64,000 bases of DNA, taken from positions 10,180 through 74,179 of the IMG/VR virus record IMGVR_UViG_3300047409_000248; one strand, written 5' to 3'. Below the pieces are notes generated by a model, which searched no databases, was not told the DNA's origin, and was given only the letters and a program-made list of their open reading frames with translations. This document shows, one piece after another, positions 26,713 to 34,896 of this stretch. The stretch is from a virus. A program made the translations under genes and the position numbers. Numbering within the stretch: the first letter of the stretch is position 1; each line of letters opens with the position of its first letter.

Positions 26713-27003
26713 GTGATGAAGATCACAACGACGTTTAATGATCTGGTTCAGGCCAATGCCGAGTGTGCGGGTATTATTGTGAAGCAGATGGAAGAGATTG
26801 AGAGTCTGAGGGATGCTCTTCGGATGATCGTGGAGTGGAGTAAGGCATACCCGTTGAGTGTATTCCCGGAACCTGACTTGATAAAGGCCAGCGCTCTACT
26901 AGAGGCTGGCGGGCAGACGTTGGATGCCATTAGTGCCCATGCGATGCGGCATGTGGTGGAGGGTGTGGGGGAGATCGCCAAGGGAGCCCTGAAGGAGGTT
27001 TGA
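26713..27003 (+). CDS. Hypothetical phage protein
   Basis: GAGGAGG RBS; WSKAYPLSVFPEPD...TLDAISA.AMRHV motif. Confidence 0.7.
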   Translation: MMKITTTFNDLVQANAECAGIIVKQMEEIESLRDALRMIVEWSKAYPLSVFPEPDLIKASALLEAGGQTLDAISAHAMRHVVEGVGEIAKGALKEV

Positions 27004-27179
27004 GATGATCCATGATGTGGATGACCAGATGGAGATGGAGCGGGCTTTGCGGGAGTGGCAGGCTGCGCGGAGGGCGATCTTTGTTTTTCCGATGACGACG
27101 CCTGCCAGCCCTGAACAACTCAGGCTATGGGAGCGGCTGGGGAATGCGGAAGATGCTCTGATGAAGATTGAGGTCTGAG

Positions 27180-27470
27180 ATGGCAAACCAGCACATCCGA
27201 TCAGAAACCTTCCTGCGCTGGGGCGATATACTGGATCGGGCTTATCGGTTGGATAACCACGATGAGGTCTTGGCCGAATTTAACCACCGCATTAGTGCCA
27301 TTGATCTCCAAGGAGGTCATCCACGGGATGCCAGTGACGAGCGATACGCATTGTGTACCCGTGTGATGCAGGAGGTGATGGGAGAGAAGGAAGTTGAGGT
27401 AACGCTGGATGCCCAAGCAGACGAGTATGAGGAGTGCATGCGTGCACAGGAACTGATGGAAACTCTCTGA
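27180..27470 (+). CDS. Hypothetical protein with acidic C-terminal tag
   Basis: Ends QADEYEECMRAQELMETL. Confidence 0.7.
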   Translation: MANQHIRSETFLRWGDILDRAYRLDNHDEVLAEFNHRISAIDLQGGHPRDASDERYALCTRVMQEVMGEKEVEVTLDAQADEYEECMRAQELMETL

Positions 27471-27820
27471 TGGCAAAGATGGCAAATCTGAATACATTTA
27501 CAGGCATCATTGAGCATATCAGGCCATACATTCGGCATGAAGCGGAAGCCACTGGCGTCTTTATGAATACCCAGATTAATTATTGCGATGACACGTTATT
27601 TCTGAGTGCTGTCTACGAGAAAAATGAGAACCACAGCATCCTCCTTACCAGAGAGGAGGTAGAGCAACGGCGCTGGATGCCTCTGGTCGAGGAAAGAGTG
27701 CGCGCTGCCATCCAAGCGGTCAAGCCTGACATCTCTCTTTCCTGCCAAGCCGACGAATACGAGGAGACCATGAAAGCAGAAGAGATCATAGAAGAGTTAA
27801 CGCCGGTCGGGGCCAAATAA
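27470..27820 (+). CDS. Hypothetical protein with acidic C-terminal tag
   Basis: TGATG-coupled; ends QADEYEETMKAEEIIEELTPVGAK. Confidence 0.7.
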   Translation: MAKMANLNTFTGIIEHIRPYIRHEAEATGVFMNTQINYCDDTLFLSAVYEKNENHSILLTREEVEQRRWMPLVEERVRAAIQAVKPDISLSCQADEYEETMKAEEIIEELTPVGAK

Positions 27821-28032
27821 TGAGCCGCATATCCAAAAAGAAAGAACGGTCTTGGCGACTTCGCAAGAAGCGTTGGAAACTCCAGCCCAAGGATTACGAC
27901 AGGCGAGACGATACGATGGCTATCGTGGCTGCCGATCTGGCTGATTGGCAATGGAAGGCTCTCCCTGAAGAGAGCAAGGAGATTTACCGCGCCAGAGCGG
28001 AAAAGGCCTTTTCTGTCTTCTCCTCAAAATAG
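27820..28032 (+). CDS. Small basic protein (HMG-box-like C-terminus)
   Basis: WKALPEESKEIYRARAEK. Confidence 0.55.
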   Translation: MSRISKKKERSWRLRKKRWKLQPKDYDRRDDTMAIVAADLADWQWKALPEESKEIYRARAEKAFSVFSSK

Positions 28033-28084
28033 ACTTAATTGAGTGTGATCTGATATTCACAAACATAAAGAGGGAAAACACTAC

Positions 28085-28636
28085 ATGGCTAACGAACCCA
28101 AGATCGGTCAGTTGCTGACCAGCCATCTCGCTGACCGAGATGCAATCCATATCGCGGTGGCGCCCGTGATCGCAGCGGAAGAACTGCGTCCGGGACAGCA
28201 CGTTGGCTTTGTCAAAGACGGAGACACTACTGTTGTTGGTCCGAACGCCAACTCTCTTATTGGCATCATCGATCCATATCTGGATGAGATCGTTCATCCC
28301 GGTGCAGCCTGCTGGCTGTTCCTGTATCCGCAGACGATTACCTCGCTGCGCCATAACTGGACGCATCCAGCCTTTGGCGAAAAGAAGCCCGTCATTTCAA
28401 GTTCTGAAAGGTGGCTTAGAGACTTCGCCGATGAAGTTGATGCTGACTATGATGAAATGATGCATGTTGCGTCTACTCATTGTACCGGCAATAAAGACCG
28501 TTGGCCTGACTACTTAATTGATGGCGGCAAATGGGAAGGCACGAGCACACCAGAAGAATTCTGGACGCATTTCACTGCCGTAACCGGCAAGACGCCAACC
28601 GATGGCCCGACTGGCATATTTTCCTGTGGCTGCTAA
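28085..28636 (+). CDS. Conserved hypothetical phage protein
   Basis: RDAIHIAVAPV...GIIDPYL...WLFLYPQTITSLRHNWTHPAF; AGAGGGAAAA RBS. Confidence 0.8.
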   Translation: MANEPKIGQLLTSHLADRDAIHIAVAPVIAAEELRPGQHVGFVKDGDTTVVGPNANSLIGIIDPYLDEIVHPGAACWLFLYPQTITSLRHNWTHPAFGEKKPVISSSERWLRDFADEVDADYDEMMHVASTHCTGNKDRWPDYLIDGGKWEGTSTPEEFWTHFTAVTGKTPTDGPTGIFSCGC

Positions 28637-28663
28637 GCCATTGGCACCAAAGGATCATCTTCT

Positions 28664-28885
28664 ATTAATTATAGCAAACCGTTCCAGACCAAGGAAGGTT
28701 GGGATGAATTCAATCGGCGCGTGGCATTGCTGCATAACTTTGCCACCCCGGGCCAAGCCTCCGGTATTATGCGTGAAGTTCAGATATGGGAAAACAACTT
28801 CACGGGCTCTTACCTGCAAGAACAGGAATACAACGAGATCATGAAGGCCAATGAGCTTTACATGAAACTGTGCGAGAAAGATTGA
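28664..28885 (+). CDS. Unlisted ORF with acidic C-terminal tag (non-canonical start or frameshift)
   Basis: Open frame 28637-28885 ending QEQEYNEIMKANELYMKLCEKD; ATT at 28664 follows AAGGA; first GTG at 28721. Confidence 0.5.
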   Translation: MNYSKPFQTKEGWDEFNRRVALLHNFATPGQASGIMREVQIWENNFTGSYLQEQEYNEIMKANELYMKLCEKD

Positions 28886-28895
28886 GGGAAAGACA

Positions 28896-29159
28896 ATGGA
28901 CGAGTTCGACAGACTAGGTTTCAACCAGTTGCCTCCATCCGGCAAGACAGCCCTTGATCAGATGAAGGCATTGATCGATGACAGCGCAGGGCCAGCCGAT
29001 GTTGGCGTAGCTGTTTCCTTGGGGCTGGGGTATCTTCTGGCTGTCTCCAATGAGCCGGAAGATATCCTCAAGGTAACGATCATGACCGCTATGAAGGTCA
29101 AGCAGATCATGGAGGCCGGGATAGAAAAGGATCGCTCCGATGCCCAATGGTCCAACTGA
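28896..29159 (+). CDS. Hypothetical protein
   Basis: GAGGGAAA RBS. Confidence 0.6.
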   Translation: MDEFDRLGFNQLPPSGKTALDQMKALIDDSAGPADVGVAVSLGLGYLLAVSNEPEDILKVTIMTAMKVKQIMEAGIEKDRSDAQWSN

Positions 29160-29406
29160 CCGTCATGAACAATACGACAGCACTCAGGATTTACTGAAAC
29201 GTATTAAGGCGCAGAGTTCTTACCAACAAAAGCAGGATCGCATCCTGCAAGATATCGCTCATGAGAAGCGTCTCAGAGTTTTAGAGGCCGAAGCTATAGC
29301 TGTAGTGGACAGGAAGCTATCCGAAGTCGAGAGGGAATACTTGGAGACCATCAAGGCCCAAGAGATCATGGATCAGATCGATGAAAACCGCAAAAGAGAT
29401 GCTTGA
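29140..29406 (+). CDS. Coiled-coil protein with acidic C-terminal tag
   Basis: Ends REYLETIKAQEIMDQIDENRKRDA. Confidence 0.65.
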   Translation: MPNGPTDRHEQYDSTQDLLKRIKAQSSYQQKQDRILQDIAHEKRLRVLEAEAIAVVDRKLSEVEREYLETIKAQEIMDQIDENRKRDA

Positions 29407-29713
29407 TAGCGTTGCCGGGTTTGCCCTGAAGATGGAGTGGATTATAGGAACCTCTCTGGTGATTTTCTGGTTCACCATCGCGGTTGTCGGGTTCGCTTTT
29501 GTATTTGAATATTTCCATAGCAGGTCCCTTCAGCGCCATCGGGCGATACTGGAGGATGAGTACGAGCGAGCGCTTATCTATCATAAAGCCCGGGAGAAAG
29601 AAAAAGAACTGGAGCAACGCCAAGCCATTCTGGAAGAGACTGACAGGGAATACATGGACGCAATACGAGCGCAGGAAATTATAGAAGAGTTGGAAAAGGG
29701 AAACATCAAATGA
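29381..29713 (+). CDS. Single-TM protein with acidic C-terminal tag
   Basis: TM helix WIIGTSLVIFWFTIAVVGFAFVF; ends REYMDAIRAQEIIEELEKGNIK. Confidence 0.7.
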   Translation: MKTAKEMLDSVAGFALKMEWIIGTSLVIFWFTIAVVGFAFVFEYFHSRSLQRHRAILEDEYERALIYHKAREKEKELEQRQAILEETDREYMDAIRAQEIIEELEKGNIK

Positions 29714-30222
29714 GCTATGGCGAGTTCTTTCTCTATATCACTGCTGGCGCCTTCTGGGGCATCGTCGGTTTTACAAATGGCCGCAACCTGTATCGGCGCT
29801 GGAAAGCCCCGCGCCAAATGTCCAAGCTGGATGATATGATCTCCAGACTTAAGCAGGAAGCCCAAGAGGCTATGGAGGCGATGAAGATAGAGATCAAGCA
29901 GACCCCTTCCACTCCAGAGACCCACGTCCTGTCATGGCGCTACAAGGGCGAGCTACAGCAGGTCAAGATCGTTATCGACCCGGCTCTGGATACCGCCATT
30001 GAAGGCAGCAGGGAAGAGTTTGAGCAATTGGTTAAAGAGGGTGATGCCGGGAAGCTTCAGGACCTTCTGGATGGTCTGGCCAGCAACGATGCCAAGGATA
30101 GGATTTCCGCTCAGGACATCTTCGTGTTTTCCAGAAAGGCTGTTGAGCAAATGAAGATGGCCGATATGTCCCCGGACGATATCGTCACCAAAATACTGAA
30201 AGCCTCTGGGAGGATGGATTAA
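29710..30222 (+). CDS. N-terminally membrane-anchored hypothetical protein
   Basis: ATGA-coupled; hydrophobic N-terminus. Confidence 0.65.
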   Translation: MSYGEFFLYITAGAFWGIVGFTNGRNLYRRWKAPRQMSKLDDMISRLKQEAQEAMEAMKIEIKQTPSTPETHVLSWRYKGELQQVKIVIDPALDTAIEGSREEFEQLVKEGDAGKLQDLLDGLASNDAKDRISAQDIFVFSRKAVEQMKMADMSPDDIVTKILKASGRMD

Positions 30223-30713
30223 TGGGCTGGTTTACCTTTGCCGATGAGGCAGTAGCCAAGCTGTTCCAGCAGCATAAGCAGGAATGCATTGACCGAAAAC
30301 CCAAAACAGATACTCTCCAGCCAGATCAACCGGCTGGAGATACTTCCATGGCAACAGTTACGATGACGACCAATCTTACTCCCTACGCCGCAAATACCGG
30401 AGTCGTAGCGCTCCCCAGCAATAGCGGTCCTTATTATACTTATACGCCTGCTGGCCAGCTTGGCGCTGGCCAATATGTTGGCGCCGCGAATGCTGTCTAC
30501 GCCTACGGTAATTCTCCACAATACGTGACCGCTGCTTATCCGGCCGGTGGTCTTCATGGCATGGCGTGGCCTATCGCAACTCTTGCCAACAACGGACAAT
30601 GGTTTGAAGCGGCTCAATTGGGTGCCCAGCCGATCCAACCAGTAGATCGTTCCGAATTCTCCGAAGAGGAAATCTCTCAGGCAGAAAAACTGATGGAGGA
30701 ACTGAGTGCCTAG
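30222..30713 (+). CDS. Low-complexity Tyr/Ala/Gly protein with acidic C-terminal tag
   Basis: Ends EFSEEEISQAEKLMEELSA. Confidence 0.7.
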   Translation: MGWFTFADEAVAKLFQQHKQECIDRKPKTDTLQPDQPAGDTSMATVTMTTNLTPYAANTGVVALPSNSGPYYTYTPAGQLGAGQYVGAANAVYAYGNSPQYVTAAYPAGGLHGMAWPIATLANNGQWFEAAQLGAQPIQPVDRSEFSEEEISQAEKLMEELSA

Positions 30714-31173
30714 AGGGCGCCCCAAAGGCCCTATCATGGCCAATGAATTCCAGAACCTGTCCCAGCGGCTTCGTTGGCTGCGGCAGAACCAGAAGCCATA
30801 CATGACCCAAGAGCAGCTAGCCTATGCGTCCGGGGTTAGCGTGCAGTTCATCCGGCTTTACGAGACGGGCGGTCAAATCCACATGGGGACAGAAACCATC
30901 CAGAAGCTGGCCTCTGCCCTTGGATGCCGCTTCTCTATTCGTCTGAAGAGACTAAGCAGTCGAGAGACAATGGAGTTCCCGGCTCCAAGTGCATCTTTGC
31001 CATCCGTCCCAAAACGGAAGGGTAAAATTTCGGTGCAAGCCCGAACGCAGGCCGAATTACGCGAATGTTCTCCTTGGACAGTTTTTCACCAGCGGAAACA
31101 GGAGCGGTTACGTAAATCGAGCGCCGGAACTGAAGGTTCGCTGCCTGCGAAGGTGAAGAAGAGGGCCGGGTAG
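30706..31173 (+). CDS. XRE-family HTH regulator
   Basis: LRWLR...MTQEQLAYASGVSVQFIRLYETG...TIQKLASALG; 3' part overlaps pseI in antisense. Confidence 0.8.
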   Translation: MPRGRPKGPIMANEFQNLSQRLRWLRQNQKPYMTQEQLAYASGVSVQFIRLYETGGQIHMGTETIQKLASALGCRFSIRLKRLSSRETMEFPAPSASLPSVPKRKGKISVQARTQAELRECSPWTVFHQRKQERLRKSSAGTEGSLPAKVKKRAG

Positions 31174-31987
31174 CCTCCCATGCTTCCCTGCACGCCGTTA
31201 CAAGAGCCCCAAACTCCATAGGCTCCAGACTAAAATGGCTATCTGGGCCGCCAGCACTGCGGCTAAGGCAGAGGTGCTTCTCGACAATGCAGGCACCAAA
31301 AGCGATAGCAGCAGCAGAGACCCCGACACCAAGAGTATGATCTGATATTCCAACAACATGTCTTCCTCCCAGAAGACTACTCAACTGTCCCAACCTTGGT
31401 AGGTTGGACTGACTGGCGCTGGCCGGATAAGCACTGATGCAGTGCAATAAGGCTACATCAGGATTTGCGGAAAATCTATTGATGGTATTCAGTGCATCTC
31501 GGATTTCCTGAGAGCCCCCCATTCCAGTAGATAGGATGATTGGTCTGTCAGTTTCTGCCGTAGCTTGGATGAGCGGCAGATCAGTAAGCTCAAAACTCGC
31601 GATCTTGTAAGCAGAAACATTGAGCCTTTGCAGCAAGTCAATTGCGGTCTCATCGAATACCGACGCGAACACCTCGATCTTTCTAACAGACCTAGCGTAA
31701 TCGAAAATTCTCTCAAACCACTCTGGGGGAGTATGAGCCTCCCGATAGAGATCGTATAAAGTCCTTCCCTTCCATGGACCGTCCTTGATAAGGAAATCAT
31801 CTCTGTCACTCTTCATGGTAATTGTATCAGGCGTGTAACACTGAAGTTTGACCGCATCAGCGCCATTAAAATAGGCATTATCAATCAGGCGATATACGTT
31901 ATTGATGTCACCATTATGATTGCCAGAAAGCTCAGCAATCATATAGGGCGACTGATCCGGCCCTATCTCTCTGGTGCCGATCCTCAT
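30935..31987 (-). CDS. pseI: Pseudaminic acid synthase (NeuB family)
   Basis: IAELSGNHNG, GADAVKLQ.Y, KIASFE, STGM, LLHCISAYP, GISDHT, VEKH, C-terminal SAF domain RRSIY. Confidence 0.93.
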   Translation of the reverse strand: MRIGTREIGPDQSPYMIAELSGNHNGDINNVYRLIDNAYFNGADAVKLQCYTPDTITMKSDRDDFLIKDGPWKGRTLYDLYREAHTPPEWFERIFDYARSVRKIEVFASVFDETAIDLLQRLNVSAYKIASFELTDLPLIQATAETDRPIILSTGMGGSQEIRDALNTINRFSANPDVALLHCISAYPASASQSNLPRLGQLSSLLGGRHVVGISDHTLGVGVSAAAIAFGACIVEKHLCLSRSAGGPDSHFSLEPMEFGALVTACREAWEATRPSSSPSQAANLQFRRSIYVTAPVSAGEKLSKENIRVIRPAFGLAPKFYPSVLGRMAKMHLEPGTPLSLDCLVSSDE

Positions 31988-32199
31988 TTCTTCTCCAGAT
32001 CGCGCGGGATATAATCCTCTGTGGCCATGGCTCGCATCAGGCGGGATATTTCGAGGTCCATGACGAGTATCTTCCCCATGACTTCCTTGGTGGATTTTGG
32101 ATCAGCCCTCATGGCAATCCGAAGTATCTCCATCCAGTTGTTGTTATTGTATGACCTGACACGTTCGATCTGGTCCAGAAGATGCTCATCAGTGATCAC
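31984..32199 (-). CDS. Small hypothetical protein of the sugar cluster
   Basis: LDQIERVRS.NNNNWMEILRIA motif; coupled to neighbours. Confidence 0.65.
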   Translation of the reverse strand: MITDEHLLDQIERVRSYNNNNWMEILRIAMRADPKSTKEVMGKILVMDLEISRLMRAMATEDYIPRDLEKK

Positions 32200-33310
32200 T
32201 TAATCTCCTCCTCAATTCATCTAGATGTTCCAGCTTGATATCATAGGAGCATGTCTCGATCAGCATCAGCTTGCCGAGACTGCGATAGACATCGGTATCC
32301 AGAAGCTCCATCTGGCGCTGCGGAGTAAGCCACTTGTTGCTAACCGTCATGGTCAGCAGGTTACCATGATAGCCAAGCGAAACCGGGATGGGATTTCTAG
32401 CCCTAATCCAATCTACTATGGTGGAAGGATTGTATTCCTCACTGGGATCAACCAGCATCGAGAAGGCGTAATAGGTATGGTCGCAGCCCGCTCTGGGCTT
32501 GGGAACACCGAGAAATTCAAATCTGGAAAATATCTCAGCAAGATGGCTGGCAATCAGTTGCCTGCTGGCAACGATGCGGGGAAGTTTCTTGAGTTGTTCT
32601 CGCCCTACGGCTGCGGTCAGTTCTGTCATGCGAAGATTAAGCCCGGGAGTTTCCTGATGACGGCACTCACCATGATTGATGGCGTCATGTAGCTTCATAA
32701 GGAGATCGCCATCCTTGGTCATTACCATGCCGCCCTCTCCGGTCTGGATATGCTTGTGTACGTTCAGGGAGAACACGCCCATATGGCCGATGGTGCCGGT
32801 AAACTCCCCGTCCTCGCGCGCCATGATCGCCTGAGCGTTATCCTCAATCAGGATAATACCGCGACTGTCACACATGGAACGCAACTGCTTGAGCTTGGCT
32901 GGATGGCCGAACATATTGGTGGCGATCACGGCTTTGGTGTTTTCCGTAATCTGCCTGCCGACATCATTGGGATCAAGGCAGAACGTTTCGGGTTCGATAT
33001 CCGCCAGAATGATCGTGGCTCCCAGCACCGCAGGCGCACAGGCGGTTGCTGACATCGTGAAGTAGGGAACGATCACTTCATCCATCGGCCCTACACCAGC
33101 CGCCATACAGGCTGCCAGCAAACCAGACGTGGCTGAATTACAGGAGACGGCATATCCGCCAAAGGCGCTTTCCCATTCAGCCTCGAATAATGTTACCTCC
33201 GCGCCTGCCTTGCTGCTGCTTGCTACAAAGCCTGACAGGTTGCCGCTGCGGATCACCCGCAAGACGGCCTCTTCTTCCTCTTTGCCGATGGTCAAAAACT
33301 TCTGGATCAT
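32189..33310 (-). CDS. DegT/DnrJ-family sugar aminotransferase (PseC-like)
   Basis: NSATSGL, IEDNAQA, FSLNVHKHIQTGEGGM (PLP lysine). Confidence 0.92.
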   Translation of the reverse strand: MIQKFLTIGKEEEEAVLRVIRSGNLSGFVASSSKAGAEVTLFEAEWESAFGGYAVSCNSATSGLLAACMAAGVGPMDEVIVPYFTMSATACAPAVLGATIILADIEPETFCLDPNDVGRQITENTKAVIATNMFGHPAKLKQLRSMCDSRGIILIEDNAQAIMAREDGEFTGTIGHMGVFSLNVHKHIQTGEGGMVMTKDGDLLMKLHDAINHGECRHQETPGLNLRMTELTAAVGREQLKKLPRIVASRQLIASHLAEIFSRFEFLGVPKPRAGCDHTYYAFSMLVDPSEEYNPSTIVDWIRARNPIPVSLGYHGNLLTMTVSNKWLTPQRQMELLDTDVYRSLGKLMLIETCSYDIKLEHLDELRRRLSDH

Positions 33311-33441
33311 TTCTTTTTCTTTTCTTCCAGCTTATCGATTAGAGATAATATGACTGCGCTCTCAGCCGCCCTCAACTCTTTGAGAACCTCTATCCTCCCC
33401 TTGAGTGACCTGATAATCTTTTTGTAAGTTTTCTTCTTCAT
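33307..33441 (-). CDS. Small basic protein (44 aa, not in ORF track)
   Basis: MKKKTYKKIIRSLKG...; ATGA overlaps at both ends link pseB and the aminotransferase. Confidence 0.6.
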   Translation of the reverse strand: MKKKTYKKIIRSLKGRIEVLKELRAAESAVILSLIDKLEEKKKK

Positions 33442-34355
33442 AGGTAGGTCCGCAATTGCTCTATGGTCAGGAATTTGGTGTTGGTGTCGCTGGAGTACCG
33501 GAAACCCGGCTTGACGTTGTTGCTGATATCCGGGTTCAGGATGTATCGATCATGAGCTTCCAGCGCCAAGTAGCTCTCCTCCTCCGTCATCAGTACCTCA
33601 TGCAGCTTCTCGCCCGGCCTGATGCCAACGATCTTCATGCCGAGATCAGGCGCCATCGCGGTTGCCAGATCAACCACGCGCATGGAGGGAAGCTTGGGGA
33701 TGAATATCTCACGGCCCTTCATCATCGAGAGGGATGAAAGGACAAGTTCTACCGCCTGATCCATCGTCATCCAGAAGCGTGTCATGCGAGGGTCCGTGAT
33801 CGGTAGTTCCTGCTTTAGCCTACTAAGCCGGTCAAATAGAGGAACCACAGAACCCCTAGAACCAACAACGTTCCCATAACGGCAGACAGAATAATTACAT
33901 CGTCCAGCACTGACATTATTTGCGGCGACAAGGATTTTTTCTGCGGCGAGTTTAGTCGCTCCGTAAAGGTTAAGCGGTGATACAGCTTTGTCAGTAGACA
34001 AGCCGATAACACGGTCCACACCAGCAGCAAGACTAGCCCGACAGACATTTTCGGCTCCATGGATATTGGTCAGCACGCACTCGAACGGATTATATTCCGC
34101 AATCGGCACCACCTTCATGGCAGCCGCATGGATTACAGTATCGATCCCGTTCATGGCCATTTGAAGGCGTGGCTGGTCGCGGACATCGCCAATGAAGAAG
34201 CGCAGGCGCTGATCATCGAACTTCCGCGCCATATCCTCCTGAAGATGCTCTCCGCGCGAGTATATGACGATGCGATCCGCCAGCTTGTCATCCAGCAGCC
34301 GCTTGGTGAATGCCTGCCCAAACGATCCAGAACCTCCCGTAATAAGAACCCTCAC
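33438..34355 (-). CDS. pseB: UDP-GlcNAc 4,6-dehydratase (inverting)
   Basis: GGSGSFG, RFFIGDVRD, HAAAMK.VP.AEYNPFE, STDKA, YGATK, RYGNVVGSRGSVVP, GIRPGEKLHE. Confidence 0.95.
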   Translation of the reverse strand: MRVLITGGSGSFGQAFTKRLLDDKLADRIVIYSRGEHLQEDMARKFDDQRLRFFIGDVRDQPRLQMAMNGIDTVIHAAAMKVVPIAEYNPFECVLTNIHGAENVCRASLAAGVDRVIGLSTDKAVSPLNLYGATKLAAEKILVAANNVSAGRCNYSVCRYGNVVGSRGSVVPLFDRLSRLKQELPITDPRMTRFWMTMDQAVELVLSSLSMMKGREIFIPKLPSMRVVDLATAMAPDLGMKIVGIRPGEKLHEVLMTEEESYLALEAHDRYILNPDISNNVKPGFRYSSDTNTKFLTIEQLRTYL

Positions 34356-34696
34356 TTAACCTCCAAAATCTCTACGCCAGCTTTTCGGGCCTTATTGATC
34401 ATATCAGCGGTGCCGTTTCCGCCCGGGAAGGCGACTACCAAATCAGGGCCCCACGTCAGCATATGTGCATTTCGTATTGGACCTGCGGCTAGTCCATGCG
34501 TATCCCAGTCAGCGTAACTTACGTATCTGGTAATTTCGGGCTTGGTCTTGGCCCAATCACTGGCAAAGGTATCAACTCCTTTGGCGCCACCATGAATGAG
34601 ATCAGTAAACTTATGGATGGAATGCAGGGCATCCAGCGCCTTCGATACTTGCGCTGGACTCCTGAAGTTCCTGCCACCACAGACCAGAACTCTCAT
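34352..34696 (-). CDS. SLOG/DUF2493 (YspA-like) protein
   Basis: RVLVCGGRNF, IHGGAKGVD, AAGPIRN, AFPGGNGTADM. Confidence 0.9.
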   Translation of the reverse strand: MRVLVCGGRNFRSPAQVSKALDALHSIHKFTDLIHGGAKGVDTFASDWAKTKPEITRYVSYADWDTHGLAAGPIRNAHMLTWGPDLVVAFPGGNGTADMINKARKAGVEILEVK

Positions 34697-34896
34697 TTGT
34701 GCTCTTTTACCAAACCAAGGAAATCAAGAAGTTGATGGCGTCCATCGGCACGCTTAGTGTGCTCTTGCGCCTTGGCAACAGTAGCATCTGCTTTGGCTTT
34801 GGTATTTTGCATGGACGCAAAGGTGAGGAAGCCTACGGCCCCTACCATAGTTACAAAGCCCGCGATCCAAACAATCATTGTCCTGCGATCCATCAC
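34693..34896 (-). CDS. Small membrane protein
   Basis: One N-terminal TM helix; coupled to neighbours. Confidence 0.6.
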   Translation of the reverse strand: MMDRRTMIVWIAGFVTMVGAVGFLTFASMQNTKAKADATVAKAQEHTKRADGRHQLLDFLGLVKEHK

